Below are positions 21,128-31,826 of a DNA stretch of 64,000 nt, piece after piece (positions within the stretch are counted from its first letter, which is position 1; each line of letters starts with the position of its first letter). Source of the DNA: Hyaloraphidium curvatum SAG 235-1 (Eukaryota; Fungi; Monoblepharomycota); NCBI GenBank assembly GCA_025558095.1, contig JAIVFI010000025.1, positions 558,001 through 622,000 of the forward strand. Reading direction: 5' to 3'. Below the pieces are notes generated by a model that saw nothing but the letters and a program-made list of their open reading frames with translations, did no database searches and was not told the DNA's origin. Made by a program: the position numbers and the translations under genes.

Positions 21128-22192
21128 ATGGACGACGGGCCGGACAACGGCGGCGGGACCGCGCCGCCGCCGCCGCTGTGTTTCAGCCCGGCCGAGTGGG
21201 CCGCAATTTTCCCCTTCCCCGACACCGCGGGCCCGACGCTATCGCCGCTTCCGCGCGCCGACGATCCCGGTGCCGCGGTGCGCGCGGCGGACGCGCTTAC
21301 GCCGGCGGCAATTTTCGACGGCCTGCGCGGCGCAGGCCTCCTGCGCGCGCTGGTGCGCGCCCAGTTCTGGCTGGCGCCGTGGGCGGCAAACGGCCTGCTG
21401 CGCTACTCGCTGCAGGCTTTCCCGCAGCTGGCACTGCTGGGTACCGATTGGTACCTCAATGGGCTCGCCGGGAGCCCGTTCGGGCGGCCGCAGATGGCGG
21501 CCGGAACGGCTGCCCTGGTCTGGGCGATCATGGGAAGCGGGTTCCTGCCCAATCTGGCCGCCACTGCCATCATTTCCCACACGTCCCCGGACGAATCGGG
21601 CAGGATGACGGGGCCGGCGGACCACGCCCTTCGTGGAGGTACGGGCTGGCCCACATGTCCGACGGCAAGGCCTTCGTGGCCGCGGCCATTGCCGTCGAAA
21701 TTGTCGCCATGTGCATGACCGCGGTTGGTCACCCTGTTGGTCAAAGCACGGTGTTTGGTAGGCTCACATTGGTGCCCAGTTCTCGAGTTCTTGCGTCACC
21801 GCGACGCCGGTCTTCATGATTGCCTGCTCTACTTCTTCCTCGACATGAGCATCCTGGCCTCCGCCAACGCCTGCATCTCGTCCGTCCTGGACCTCTACCG
21901 CGAGGCCCGCACCGCGATCCGCGACATTGTCCTCCGCGCCGTAGCCACGCACCCCGCCCCTCTGGACGCCAACATCCGCCACGCTCTGGACCTCCTGGAC
22001 CGGCACGACTGGCTGCTCTCCTCTCTGGCCGAGGCCGGTGCGGACCGAGCGAGGCTCCTGGGCGTGCCGATCGACTACGCCGTGCTGAGGACGCTGGCCC
22101 TCACGCTGTTCACCCTTGGGGTCGGACTGTGGAGCGTGCTCAGGGGTGGGGTGGGCTTCACATTCGACAACTTCTGCCCCTACAGGCCGTGA
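21128..22192 (+). pseudogene. Shortened, frameshifted paralog of the 309-1919 7-TM family
   Basis: FSPAEWAAIFPF at the N-terminus; RARLLGVPIDYAVLRTLALTLFTLGVGLWSVLRGG..CP at the C-terminus; central part missing or broken. Confidence 0.75.
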
Positions 22193-22350
22193 ACTGGGAT
22201 AGGTGGAAAGACGTGCTCGACATCGCGTGCCTTTGATGGTCTCCATTGTTGGCCGGAGCGGCCGCGGAATCTGATTTGATGACTCGAAACAGATATTACT
22301 CGCGGTTGTCCATTCAACGAGCCCGCGGTAGGCAAAGGAGCGATTCGCTC

Positions 22351-23816
22351 ATGGCTGGCGACGCGAGCGTAAACACCGTCAAGTCTTCCGGGATCGCAAT
22401 AGACATGCCACAACCGGCCGCCCCACCGCGACAGCGCATCAACGATTTGCCGCACGATGTCTTGCTCAAGATCTTTTCGTGCCTGAGGCTGCGGCTGGAG
22501 GACCTGTACGAGCTCCGCGGCGTCTGCAGCACGGTCGGGTCCGCCGCGTCCGAGGCCTTCCTGGAGCGCGTCAGACGCGTCCTCGTCGTGGAAAAGGACG
22601 TCAGGACTTTCCTGCGTTTCCTCGAAAAGCACCACAACTTCGACCTTTATATCAGCATGGAAGACGCCCGGGGGCACAACAGGTTTCCGCGTCGCGATTG
22701 CCTTCTCCGTCCCGAGGTCGTGGGCGGAATGATGCGCTTCGCCGGTGTTCCGGTGGACTCGATGGTGGCATCTACCGTCATGCGCCGGTTCATGGGGGAC
22801 ACCCGCGGCTTTGATATCCGGGACGTGGGCGACATCCTCGCCGAGATGCGCGCTTCACCCAGCGAACTGGCGCTAGCAATTGTCCACCTCGGCTTCTTGG
22901 ATTCAAATCGCGACCCCAAGGCTCCGTACCTTCACTGCTGGCGACTGGGAAGGCTGCTAAAGGCGGCGAAGTGCACAGGCGACGGGTTCGAGGAGGTCCT
23001 GCGCAGGCTGGACCTGCCCTTCGTTTACCGCTGGATCGCCGTGGCGGTGAACGAAAACTGGGAGGCCATGGAATGGGACAGCACCCTGACGCCCGATGCC
23101 CTCCTGTCGTTCGCGGAACGGATGGTGCAGCGCGTCCTGCCCACCGCTGGCAGATTCAGGGCGCCGTTGCCCCAGCTGCGGGGCAGCGATGGCGTGGTGG
23201 ACTTTGCGACCCTGCTCTGGGCCCTTTCCGACGGACGGATCATCGGCGCCGTACTGGACTGGATGGCGGGGTCGGCTTAGAAGCCTGACGAAGGGGCGCA
23301 GTCTGCGTCGGCGATCGCGGCGGCGATGATTTCCACCATGATAGGTTTCGCCGTCGAGCAGAAAGTCCCCGAGAGGATGTACACTATCCTCCGCTGCTTC
23401 ATGCGCAGGGATCCCGGGGAGGACGGGGCGGGCGCGGAGGCGGTGTCCCCCACGTTTCGAGGGTCTTCTGGCACCACCTGCACCGCGCGGAATACCTGGC
23501 CAACATGCTCGGCTCGATGGTGCGCAACAACGTCTGGCCGTTGCACGTGGATCCGGCACGGCCGGCTCTCGACCTGCCGATCGCCAGCGACTGGGTCTTC
23601 ACCGAGGATTTTGTGGATGCATTCACGGCCGAGCCGCTTTTCCCAGAGAACGACGAAGAGGGCCTGCGCACCAGGATGGGTGCCTTTGTGGCCGCCAACG
23701 GCCTGCGTGGAAATCGGCTGTGGATCGCCACCGCGCGCGCTTTCCACCGCGGAACGCCGGAGGCCAGGAGGGCTCTCGAGGACTTCCTCGTGGCTCTCGA
23801 AATCGATGACGGCTAG
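22351..23816 (+). pseudogene. F-box protein, paralog of 9500-11719, with in-frame stop and frameshift
   Basis: INDLPHDVLLKIFSCL..LEDLYELRGVCS; TAG at 23278-23280 with the same frame continuing; frame change near 23460. Confidence 0.7.
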
Positions 23817-24051
23817 CTTTAGAGGCGTCACTGCATCATCATCACGCTTTCCTCGCTGTGGCCCTTGCACCCCGGTGGCTCCATGCCCTCCGTCTCGTGC
23901 GGCTCGTGCCGACCCCGAGACGCGAAGCCGAACAGCAGACCCAATCGGTCGCTTCCTCATCCCGGGCATCTACCCTCGTGGTATCCCTCTTCTCTCCACA
24001 TGATTACGTCTAGCTCTTTTTCCGGCCCCTCTACTTGCGGGCCGTTCCCGT

Positions 24052-24963
24052 CTACCTTCCCGCCGGATCCCTCGGCCGCCTCGCGGACGCCGACGCCGGC
24101 CAGAAGGCCTTGAGGTCCGGCAGCGGTCTGTCGTCCGGTCCCGGTGCGGGGTCCAGGACCGAGATCCCGGAGCTCCCCGTCCGCTGCGGCACCAGCGGCG
24201 GTGCGCCGGGCCCCTCCAGCTCCGCATCGTCATCCGCACCGGGCTCCCCATCCTCCGCCGCATCATCCCCCTCCGTGTGCTCCTGCACGACCCCGCAGTC
24301 CCCCTCCGCCTCTTTCACGGTCTCCAAGCACCAGTCCATGCCCCGCGAATAGTCCTCCTTGCTGTAGGTCGGCCGCACGGCCACCTCGGCGCGGAAGGTG
24401 ACCGCCCTGCGCACCCGCCGCGGCCCGCCATCCCGCTCCGACGCCGCGAGGGGGAACGACGACGAGCGCGGGAGGAACGGCGGCGGATGGGGGCGGGGCA
24501 GGTCGGCGGAGGCGGCGGTTGCCGCCGGGGGCAGGTCCGCGGAGGCAAAGGGGGAGAAGTAGCCCTGCAGGGCGCGGAACGAGGGCGACGGGGTGCCGGG
24601 GCACCATCCCGCGTCGAGCGTGGCGACGGAGCCGGCGGGGGAGAGCGGCGAGGCGGGGCCGGCGAAGGCGGCCCATGCCGGCGAGAGGGAGGGATCCTCG
24701 ACCAGCGTGGCGAGCGGGTCGACCGCCGCCGCCGGACCGCGGGCAAAGGCCAGGTTCAGGTGCTTCGAGTGCCCCGCGGGCGGCAGGCCGCCCGGCGACG
24801 CCGGCTTGGGCGCCGCCGCCCACGGCCCCCACGGCGGCTCCGCGCCGACCAACGTCGAGTCGCCGTCCGCCGCCGGCCGCCCCGCCGAGACCGCCGCGCC
24901 GCAGATCAGCCCGCGGACAAACGCCGAGTCCTTGCGCAGCGCCGGCCGCCCGCCCGTGTCCAT
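24052..24963 (-). CDS. PP1-docking motif family, copy 3
   Basis: LRKDSAFVRGLI; GDSTLVG; RRAVTFRAEVAVRPTYSKEDYSRG; LPDLKAFW. Confidence 0.75.
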   Translation of the reverse strand: MDTGGRPALRKDSAFVRGLICGAAVSAGRPAADGDSTLVGAEPPWGPWAAAPKPASPGGLPPAGHSKHLNLAFARGPAAAVDPLATLVEDPSLSPAWAAFAGPASPLSPAGSVATLDAGWCPGTPSPSFRALQGYFSPFASADLPPAATAASADLPRPHPPPFLPRSSSFPLAASERDGGPRRVRRAVTFRAEVAVRPTYSKEDYSRGMDWCLETVKEAEGDCGVVQEHTEGDDAAEDGEPGADDDAELEGPGAPPLVPQRTGSSGISVLDPAPGPDDRPLPDLKAFWPASASARRPRDPAGR

Positions 24964-25141
24964 CGTGCTTGGTCCCCCGCGGTGCTGACGGGCGTCCCGT
25001 TCGGCCCCGAGGCGGACGGCTGGGGAATGACGGCATCTCCAAATCCGTCCAAACCCCGCGAGGGGGCGCCGCCCGCCGCTCGGTCGCAGGCCGCGGCATC
25101 CACCAATACCATCAAGCTGGCGGCCGGGGTGGCGGCCGCCG

Positions 25142-25888
25142 TCATGCGCGCGAGTGGTCGCGGAGGTCGGCCCCAACTTCCGCCTTCCCGCCCGCATGCC
25201 GCAGCCGGCCGTCCGCCGCCCCCGCGGCCTGAGCCTGCCCTCCGCCTCCGATCCGCGTCGGTGTCGATTCCGCGTCGTCGTCGACGCCGTCCGAGGCCTT
25301 TTGCGGCGCTCCGGCCCCCCTCCGAAGTGCCCGCATCGCCGCCCCCGGTCCTTGCTTTGCCACACGACCCCGCCCGTTCGCCGCCTCCGGGCCGACCGGC
25401 TTCGAGGCCCCAGGGAAGGAAGCACCCATCAGGTCGCCGAAGGAGAGGTTGAGTGGCAGCGTCGCGTGTCCCAGGAGCTGCATCGAGCTCGCGGCCGTGG
25501 GCGGCATCCCTCGCGAGCCGTCGAAACGGGGCAGGCGGGGCGAGAGCGATGCCGAGCTGTCCGCGTCCGTCGCCCCGTCGTCCGAGTTACAGTCGCCGCC
25601 GCCCTCGGGCAACCAGGGCAGATCTCCCGCCCCCTTCCGCCCCCCGCCCCCGTCCCCGTCCGGCGCCCCCCCGGAGCCCCGCGAAGACGCCTTGACCGCC
25701 TCCCTGAGCGCCGCATACATCCCCGCCCACCCCGGCATCCCCTCCCCGTCTGCGGCCCCCTCCACGCTCCCCACCGCCGTCCCCACCGTCCCGCCGCTCC
25801 CCTCCCTCGCGGGCTCCCCCGGCCGCGCGACGAGCGCCCTGACAAACTCGACGGTGCCCCACTCGCGCTCCCTCCCCGCGGCGCGCAT
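25142..25888 (-). pseudogene. Probable truncated member of the PP1-motif family (N-terminal motif only)
   Basis: WGTVEFVRALV..SGGTVG resembles the family N-terminus; no RVxF module follows. Confidence 0.4.
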
Positions 25889-26401
25889 CCCTCCCCGCGG
25901 CGAGCGTCTCCCGGCCGGGAGCTGGTGCAGCCCAGACCGTCGCCACCCGATCTCCCGCCGCCCAAGAGGGGGGCGATCGGCCGCGCGCAGCGCCGCACTT
26001 TGCACGCCCCGAAGGCGGGGGGGCCCGGTTGGTTACCTCCACCGCCCGCCCCGCTCTCCATTGGCGGCATCGGGAGGGCGGATGCATGCCCGCCCGCGCG
26101 AATCGACCTCGGGCAGGCGACGGGTGCGGGGAGGTGCGGATCCCCGGCGGGACCGGGAGTTCCTTTTCTCCCGGCAACCGGATCTCGCATCGCCGTGGCG
26201 CGCGGGGCGCATCCGACCCGGAGAGAGCGCACGGCGCGTCCCGGTCGTTTGCCGGCGGGGACCGGGGCGGCCGCGGTGCGCGGGGAAGCGTTCCGGGCGG
26301 GTTGCCCCCCTTTCCCTGGCCGGACGGCCGCCCCCCGGGCCGCGAACGCATGACCTCATCACCCGGCTCTATCCGCGTTCTATACCCCCCAAAACATCCC
26401 T

Positions 26402-28198
26402 TCATAGCTTCGCGTCCCTGCTCTTTGCCGGCCCCAGCCTGTCGTACACGCTCGCCGACATCCAGTCCTCCGGGATCGGGCCCACGTGCGTCTCGAGGCT
26501 CTTGGTGATCACCATCCGCTCGTTCAGTTGGGACAGCTTCGTGGCTCCGAGGAGCCGCATGGCCATCTCCATCTCGTCCTTGAGCAGCTGGATCGCGCGG
26601 ATCACCCCGTCGTCGCCGTAGGACGACATGGCGTACAGGAAGGGGCGGCCGATGCCGACGGCCGTCGCGCCGAGGCAGACGGCCTTGAGGATGTCGGTCC
26701 CGCGGCGCACGCCGCCGTCGACGAACAGCTCGAAGGGCTTGCGCGCCGAGTTGACGAACTTGGGGCCGCCCGCCGGGCCCGCGAAGCCGGCGGCGCGGAG
26801 GTCGCGCACGGCTTCGGGGAGGACCTCGATGCCGGAGCGGGCGAAATCGAGCTGGCGGCCGCCTGGCGTGGGGTGGGGGGTGAGCGGGGCAAGGGTTGGG
26901 AATAGGGAGGGCCCACCGTGGTTGGAGAGGACGACGCCGTCGAGGCCGTACTCGGCGGCCTGCACCGTGTCCTCGCCGCACTGCACGCCCTTGAGGCTGT
27001 TAACGGGATCAGCATCCCCAAAGCCATCCCGCCCCGCCGTCCACCCACATGAGCGGCAAGTTGGTGATGCTCCTGAACCACGCGATGTCGTCCCAGCACA
27101 GCCCCGGGTCTATGAAGCTCGATATCGCCCTCGCGGCGCCCTGGCTCCTGTCCACCCCGGCGTCCCCCTTCTGCACGTCCGCGTCGTCCTTGAACTTCAT
27201 CCGCATGTCCTTCTCCCTCCTCCCCAGCTGCGGCGCGTCCACGGTGATGAAGATGGCCTTGCACCCCCTCCGCCCGGCCTGCTCCACCAGCCGGCGGGTG
27301 ATGTCGCGGTCCTTGTTCACGTACAGCTGGAAGAACTGCGTCTGCCCCGGCGCCGCGGCCGCCGTGATCTCGTCGAGGGAGTAGCTGGCCAGGGTGGGGA
27401 CCATCTGGATGACGCCCTGCGCGTGGGCCGCGCGGGTGAGCACGATTTCGCCGTCGGGGTGGCCGAGCTTGCCCAGGGCCGTGGCGGTGATGTAGAAGGG
27501 GACGGAGGAGGGGTAGCCGAGGATTTTGGTGGAGAAGTCGACCTCGCGCACGTTGACGAGGATGCGGGGGCGGAAGAAGATGCGGTGGAAGGAGGAGTGG
27601 TTTTCCCTGAGCGGGGCGGGGGAACGCGGTCAACGGTCAGGAAAAGGACGAGGTTGGCAAGAGCCGGGGCCACCCACCTCAAAGTGATCTCGTCGTCCGC
27701 CCCGCTCGAGTAGTAAGCCCACGCCTCCCTCGTCATGACCCTCTTCGCCACGGCCTCAAAGTCGAGCAGGTTCAGCATCTCCCCCAGGGCCGGCTTGTTC
27801 TTCTCCGCCTCCCTCCTCGCGACCTCGTGCTCGTCCAGCGCCTCCTCCCCGCCCGCGCCGCCCGCCAGCGCCGGGTCCGCCAGCCCGACGAGCGCCTCGG
27901 GGGGCAGCAGCTTCTCCATGATGTCCCTCGGGTGGATGGGGTCGAACGCCTTGGTGCCGTCCTTGCCGGCGTACTTGAGGATGATGCTGGCGCCGCCGGG
28001 GTGGTCCGGCAGGAAGGCCGTCAGGTCGTACACCTTGCCGTGGAGCACGACCCAGAGGTCCTCCTTTGGGCGGGGCGGGGACCGCGGGTTGGGGGGGGCG
28101 CGCGCGGTCAGCCCCGTGCGGGCGGGAATCCCGGGCGCGCGCACCTTCGTGACGTGCTTCTCGAGCTCATCCTTCGCGATCGTGCGGAGCGGGGCCAT
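26402..28198 (-). CDS. CYB2: Flavocytochrome b2 / FMN-dependent alpha-hydroxy acid dehydrogenase with cytochrome b5 domain (multi-exon)
   Basis: VYDLTAFLPDHPGG, YYSSGADDE, PFYITATALGKLGHP, QLYVN, TVDAP, SNHGGRQLD, DGGVRRGTD; C-terminal AKL. Confidence 0.93.
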
Positions 28199-29454
28199 GG
28201 CGAAGGGGAGGCCGGGGGCGCCTAGAGGTGTTTTGGCGTGGCGGTGCGCGGCGCAGGGCAGCGGAAATCTGATCAGGAAGATCGGCGGCAAACGGATGGC
28301 AAACGCGGGAGGAAGATGAAGATGAATCGGGAGCGATGGCGAATGACATTCTTCTTTTCTGAATTCGGCGTCACAACTTCCGTTGGCCTCCTTCCTCGGA
28401 TCGGCACGTCCGACTGCCACGTCGACACCTGCAATCTGCCTAGGACCCAGCCCCGTCCCTCCTGTTCCGTCCTGGGCGCCGCCTCGGAAGGTACTCCTTC
28501 CACCAGGCCTCTTCGTCCCCGTTTGGCCCGGGGCCCGGTATCTGAGCGGCAGGGCCAGCCGCGGCGCGCGGCGTCCCGGGTGCTTCGCGCCCTGCCTGGG
28601 CGACCTTTCCGGCGACGCGGAGCGAGCCGACCCGTTTTCTAGGGGCGCGGAGGAGGGACATTGCCCTCGCGAGCGTCTCTTCCGGATCGGCGTCTTCGTG
28701 GCCGGGCGGTCCGCGGGCGAGCGTGGCCGGCCGCTCGCGGCCCGGCACGGGCTCCTCTTCCCGGAGATCGACGGCAGCAGGACCGGTTTCAATGCCGGTG
28801 TCGCCCATCGCGAATTTCGATTCAGTACAAAGCTGCAAGATGCGGCCTTCCGTCACATCTCTCCCCTTTATTTGTGGGCGGGAGCAAGAGTGGAAGATTC
28901 CTGCACAGCGCGGCTGGGCGCTCAGCCTCGCCCTTCGCCCGCCAACGAATCATCCGCCGGACGCGGGACCCGTGGTGGGAAAACCGCAAACACCATCCCG
29001 AAGGAAAGTCATCGAATGGGGAGATTTTGGTGTGCCTTCTGACTTCTGGTCCGGGCCTGGGACGGGATGGTAAGGGCGGAGCCGAAGGGGACCCCTCGAT
29101 CCCGGGCGAATTGCCGGCCGCGCTCTTCCTGGCCCTGAACAGCAAAGTACGCGCTTCGTCCCAATGATATCCGATTTCCAGATTCTTTGTCCGCCGCGGT
29201 TGAACGTCGCCAGAGATGAGATGGTCCCCTGCTTGGAAAGCCGCCCGTCACCTTCGACAGCTCCGTGCAAGCGCCCGTCCCAACCATGCACCCATCCACC
29301 TGCCGTGCTTCTGCCGCTCCACGCTACCAGAAGCTGCTCTTCCGCCGGCGAAATCCACAAGGTGGTTGTCGGCCAGGAAAGGCTCCCCAGCCACCGCACC
29401 GGCCCCACCAACCGGATCGATCGGTGTCCCAACCCGGTGGCGGCGCCGGCGGCG

Positions 29455-31734
29455 ATGGGGGCCCCCGCCGCGCCACCGGGGGCCGATTCCGGCGCGGAGC
29501 TGCCGCGGGCCGTGTCGGACGGGCTGCTGGCCGAGTTCTTCCGTGCGGTGCCGCGCGGGGCGACGTCGCTCCACCGTGAGACTTTCTGGGAGGTGCGCAA
29601 CGCCTCGGCGGAGGCGCCCTTTGCCGGGGACGCGCGATGGATCGATTTGTATGCCGCGGAGGTTCTGGTCGCGACGCTCGAGTGGTTTGGGGCCGTGACG
29701 CTGGAGAGGGACGTGTCGACGGGGACGCGCGACGCCCCCGAATGGCTCGGACAAAGGACACCGGGGCAACTCGCCGCGGACGCCGAAGCGCGGTGCCAGG
29801 CGCTGCTGGCGGAGGAGATCCGCGCGTTCCACGCCGCCGCCGCCGGCCGCTCCGCCCTGCCGATGACGGTGCGGACGCTCGCGCTGCTGCAGGCCCTCGG
29901 GCTGGCCGCCGCCGCGATGAGCCTGGTCTCGGCCGGCTCCGCCGCGATGCGCACGCTGCTCGAGAACACCGCCGCCGTGCTGCACCACTCGGCCGCGTTC
30001 CCCGGCGCGCTCGTCGGCAACCCGCCCGATGCCCTGCTGGAGGACTGGCTGCTCTCGCAGTACCTCGTCGATGCCGTGCACACGTCCATGCTGTATACGT
30101 CGTTCCACGCCCTCGCCACGGGCGAGGCCGCCGCCTGCGACTTTGCGCGCGCCTTCCCGGACCTGCGCCTGCGCGTGTCGCTGCAGCTGCTCACCTCGGT
30201 CGCGCCGGCGTCGCAGCGGGTTCCCGGCACCCCGACTCCCGCCGCGTACGCCGCCATCTTCTCCGACGTATCGGTGGGGGACGCCTACGGGTGGATAGAC
30301 CCCGAGTGGGACCCGCCCGCGTATCCGGCGAGGACCGAAGCCGTGCTGGCGTCCACCATGAGCGGCCTCCTCACCTCGGGCTACGGGTCGCTGACCCAGA
30401 TGGCCTTCTTCTTCGAGTACCACGCCTCGCGGTTCGCATCGTGGCTGGCGGACCGCGGGCTGCGGGTGGTTGACCTCGCCCTCGCGGACGGCCCGCCGGC
30501 GCCCGCCTTCGACGGGCAGGAAGCCGTGCTGGAGCACATGCGCGGGGTGCTCGCGCACCCGGACCTGCCCGAGGCCCTGCGTCGGCGGGACCACCTCCGC
30601 GGCGCGATCGCAGAGGTCGAGGCGCACCTGCCCGTGCTGCTCGGGCAGCCGCCGGACGCGCGCCCCTCGCGGATCCCGGACGCGGTGAAGAACCTGCCCC
30701 GGGACTATCTCATCCCGCTCGGCATGATCGGCGTCCTCCAGTACGTCGCGCTGCAGCTCATCTCCCCCGACCCCTTCGCCGAGTTCCGGCAGGGCGCCCC
30801 GCGCGACCCCGGGATCCCCGCCGAGCTCAACGAGCACCTCCTCACGGCATGGCTCGCCTCCCCCGCCTTTGCCGAGACCTGCTCCCGCGCCCTCGCCGTG
30901 GCCGAGCTGGCCCGCACCGCCGTCGGCAGCTTCCCCGCCGAGAGCGTGGTCGGCAACGTCTTTCTGAAGCCCCTGGACCGCGCGGCGGTGCAGGCCGCGG
31001 GGCACTGCGTCCTCGTGCTCCGCCGCCTGACCACCGCGTTTGCCCACGCGACGGAGCACGAGTACGCCCGCGCCGCCGCCCTCCACACCGCGCTGCTCTC
31101 GGACGCCCGCGCCTGCCTGGACTTCATGGCGCTCGCACGGCGGTCGGAGCTCGAGCCCGTGCGGCTGGTGATCGAGGGCCTGCTCGCCGGCGACGACATC
31201 CGGCTTTCCAGGAGGGACGCGCAGATGCTCGCGCTGGCGGCCAAGGCGGTCTCGCGGTGCCCGCACGGCGAAGGCGGGGCGAGCGGTGGGTCGTGCTGGA
31301 TATGCGCCTCCAGGGACTCGTCGGAGAGGCGGGCGTCGCGGGACGCGGGGCAGGGCGACGAGGATGGGGAGGGGGCGGGGCACGAGGCGCTGGCCGCCGT
31401 GCCCAGCTTCGCGTTGGTGGCCCTGGCCGGGGCCTCCTCGGAGCTGTCGTCGGCGCGGACCTCGTCGCGGGTCTCTCCGGCCGGGGCGGGCGGCAGCAAG
31501 GCCCCGATGACGCGCAGGGTGCGGTTCAACCAGCTCGTCGAGGTCTACCAGACCTACTCCCCCGAGGACTACCCGGCAAGGTCGAACGCCGCGGACGGAC
31601 CCGACGAAGAGGGGCAGGGATGGGACAGCGCGGTGCCGGCGCCCGTGCCGGCTGCGCGGTCGGATTTTACCCTCTCGGCGCTGCTGCAGCAGAGGGGCGA
31701 CATGCCGGATCTGAAGCGGTACTGGGCTAGATGA
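29455..31734 (+). CDS. Helical Fungal_trans-like protein fused to the C-terminal PP1-docking module (family copy 4)
   Basis: EFFRAV...LHRETFW N-terminal motif; C-terminal SCWIC, RRVRFNQLVEVYQTYSPEDYPAR, MPDLKRYW. Confidence 0.7.
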   Translation: MGAPAAPPGADSGAELPRAVSDGLLAEFFRAVPRGATSLHRETFWEVRNASAEAPFAGDARWIDLYAAEVLVATLEWFGAVTLERDVSTGTRDAPEWLGQRTPGQLAADAEARCQALLAEEIRAFHAAAAGRSALPMTVRTLALLQALGLAAAAMSLVSAGSAAMRTLLENTAAVLHHSAAFPGALVGNPPDALLEDWLLSQYLVDAVHTSMLYTSFHALATGEAAACDFARAFPDLRLRVSLQLLTSVAPASQRVPGTPTPAAYAAIFSDVSVGDAYGWIDPEWDPPAYPARTEAVLASTMSGLLTSGYGSLTQMAFFFEYHASRFASWLADRGLRVVDLALADGPPAPAFDGQEAVLEHMRGVLAHPDLPEALRRRDHLRGAIAEVEAHLPVLLGQPPDARPSRIPDAVKNLPRDYLIPLGMIGVLQYVALQLISPDPFAEFRQGAPRDPGIPAELNEHLLTAWLASPAFAETCSRALAVAELARTAVGSFPAESVVGNVFLKPLDRAAVQAAGHCVLVLRRLTTAFAHATEHEYARAAALHTALLSDARACLDFMALARRSELEPVRLVIEGLLAGDDIRLSRRDAQMLALAAKAVSRCPHGEGGASGGSCWICASRDSSERRASRDAGQGDEDGEGAGHEALAAVPSFALVALAGASSELSSARTSSRVSPAGAGGSKAPMTRRVRFNQLVEVYQTYSPEDYPARSNAADGPDEEGQGWDSAVPAPVPAARSDFTLSALLQQRGDMPDLKRYWAR

Positions 31735-31826
31735 GCGCTGCTTGTACTCGGAGCTTCAATAATCCGACGACATTCAAAGGCACATTTGGCCGTTCTAGCT
31801 TTTCCAAACGCTCGGCTGTCGGCATT

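Noticed and set aside
9500-23816. Selenocysteine or stop-codon readthrough in the broken F-box genes
   Set aside because: The breaks are frame changes and a TAG, not in-frame TGA at redox motifs; decay or assembly error is simpler.
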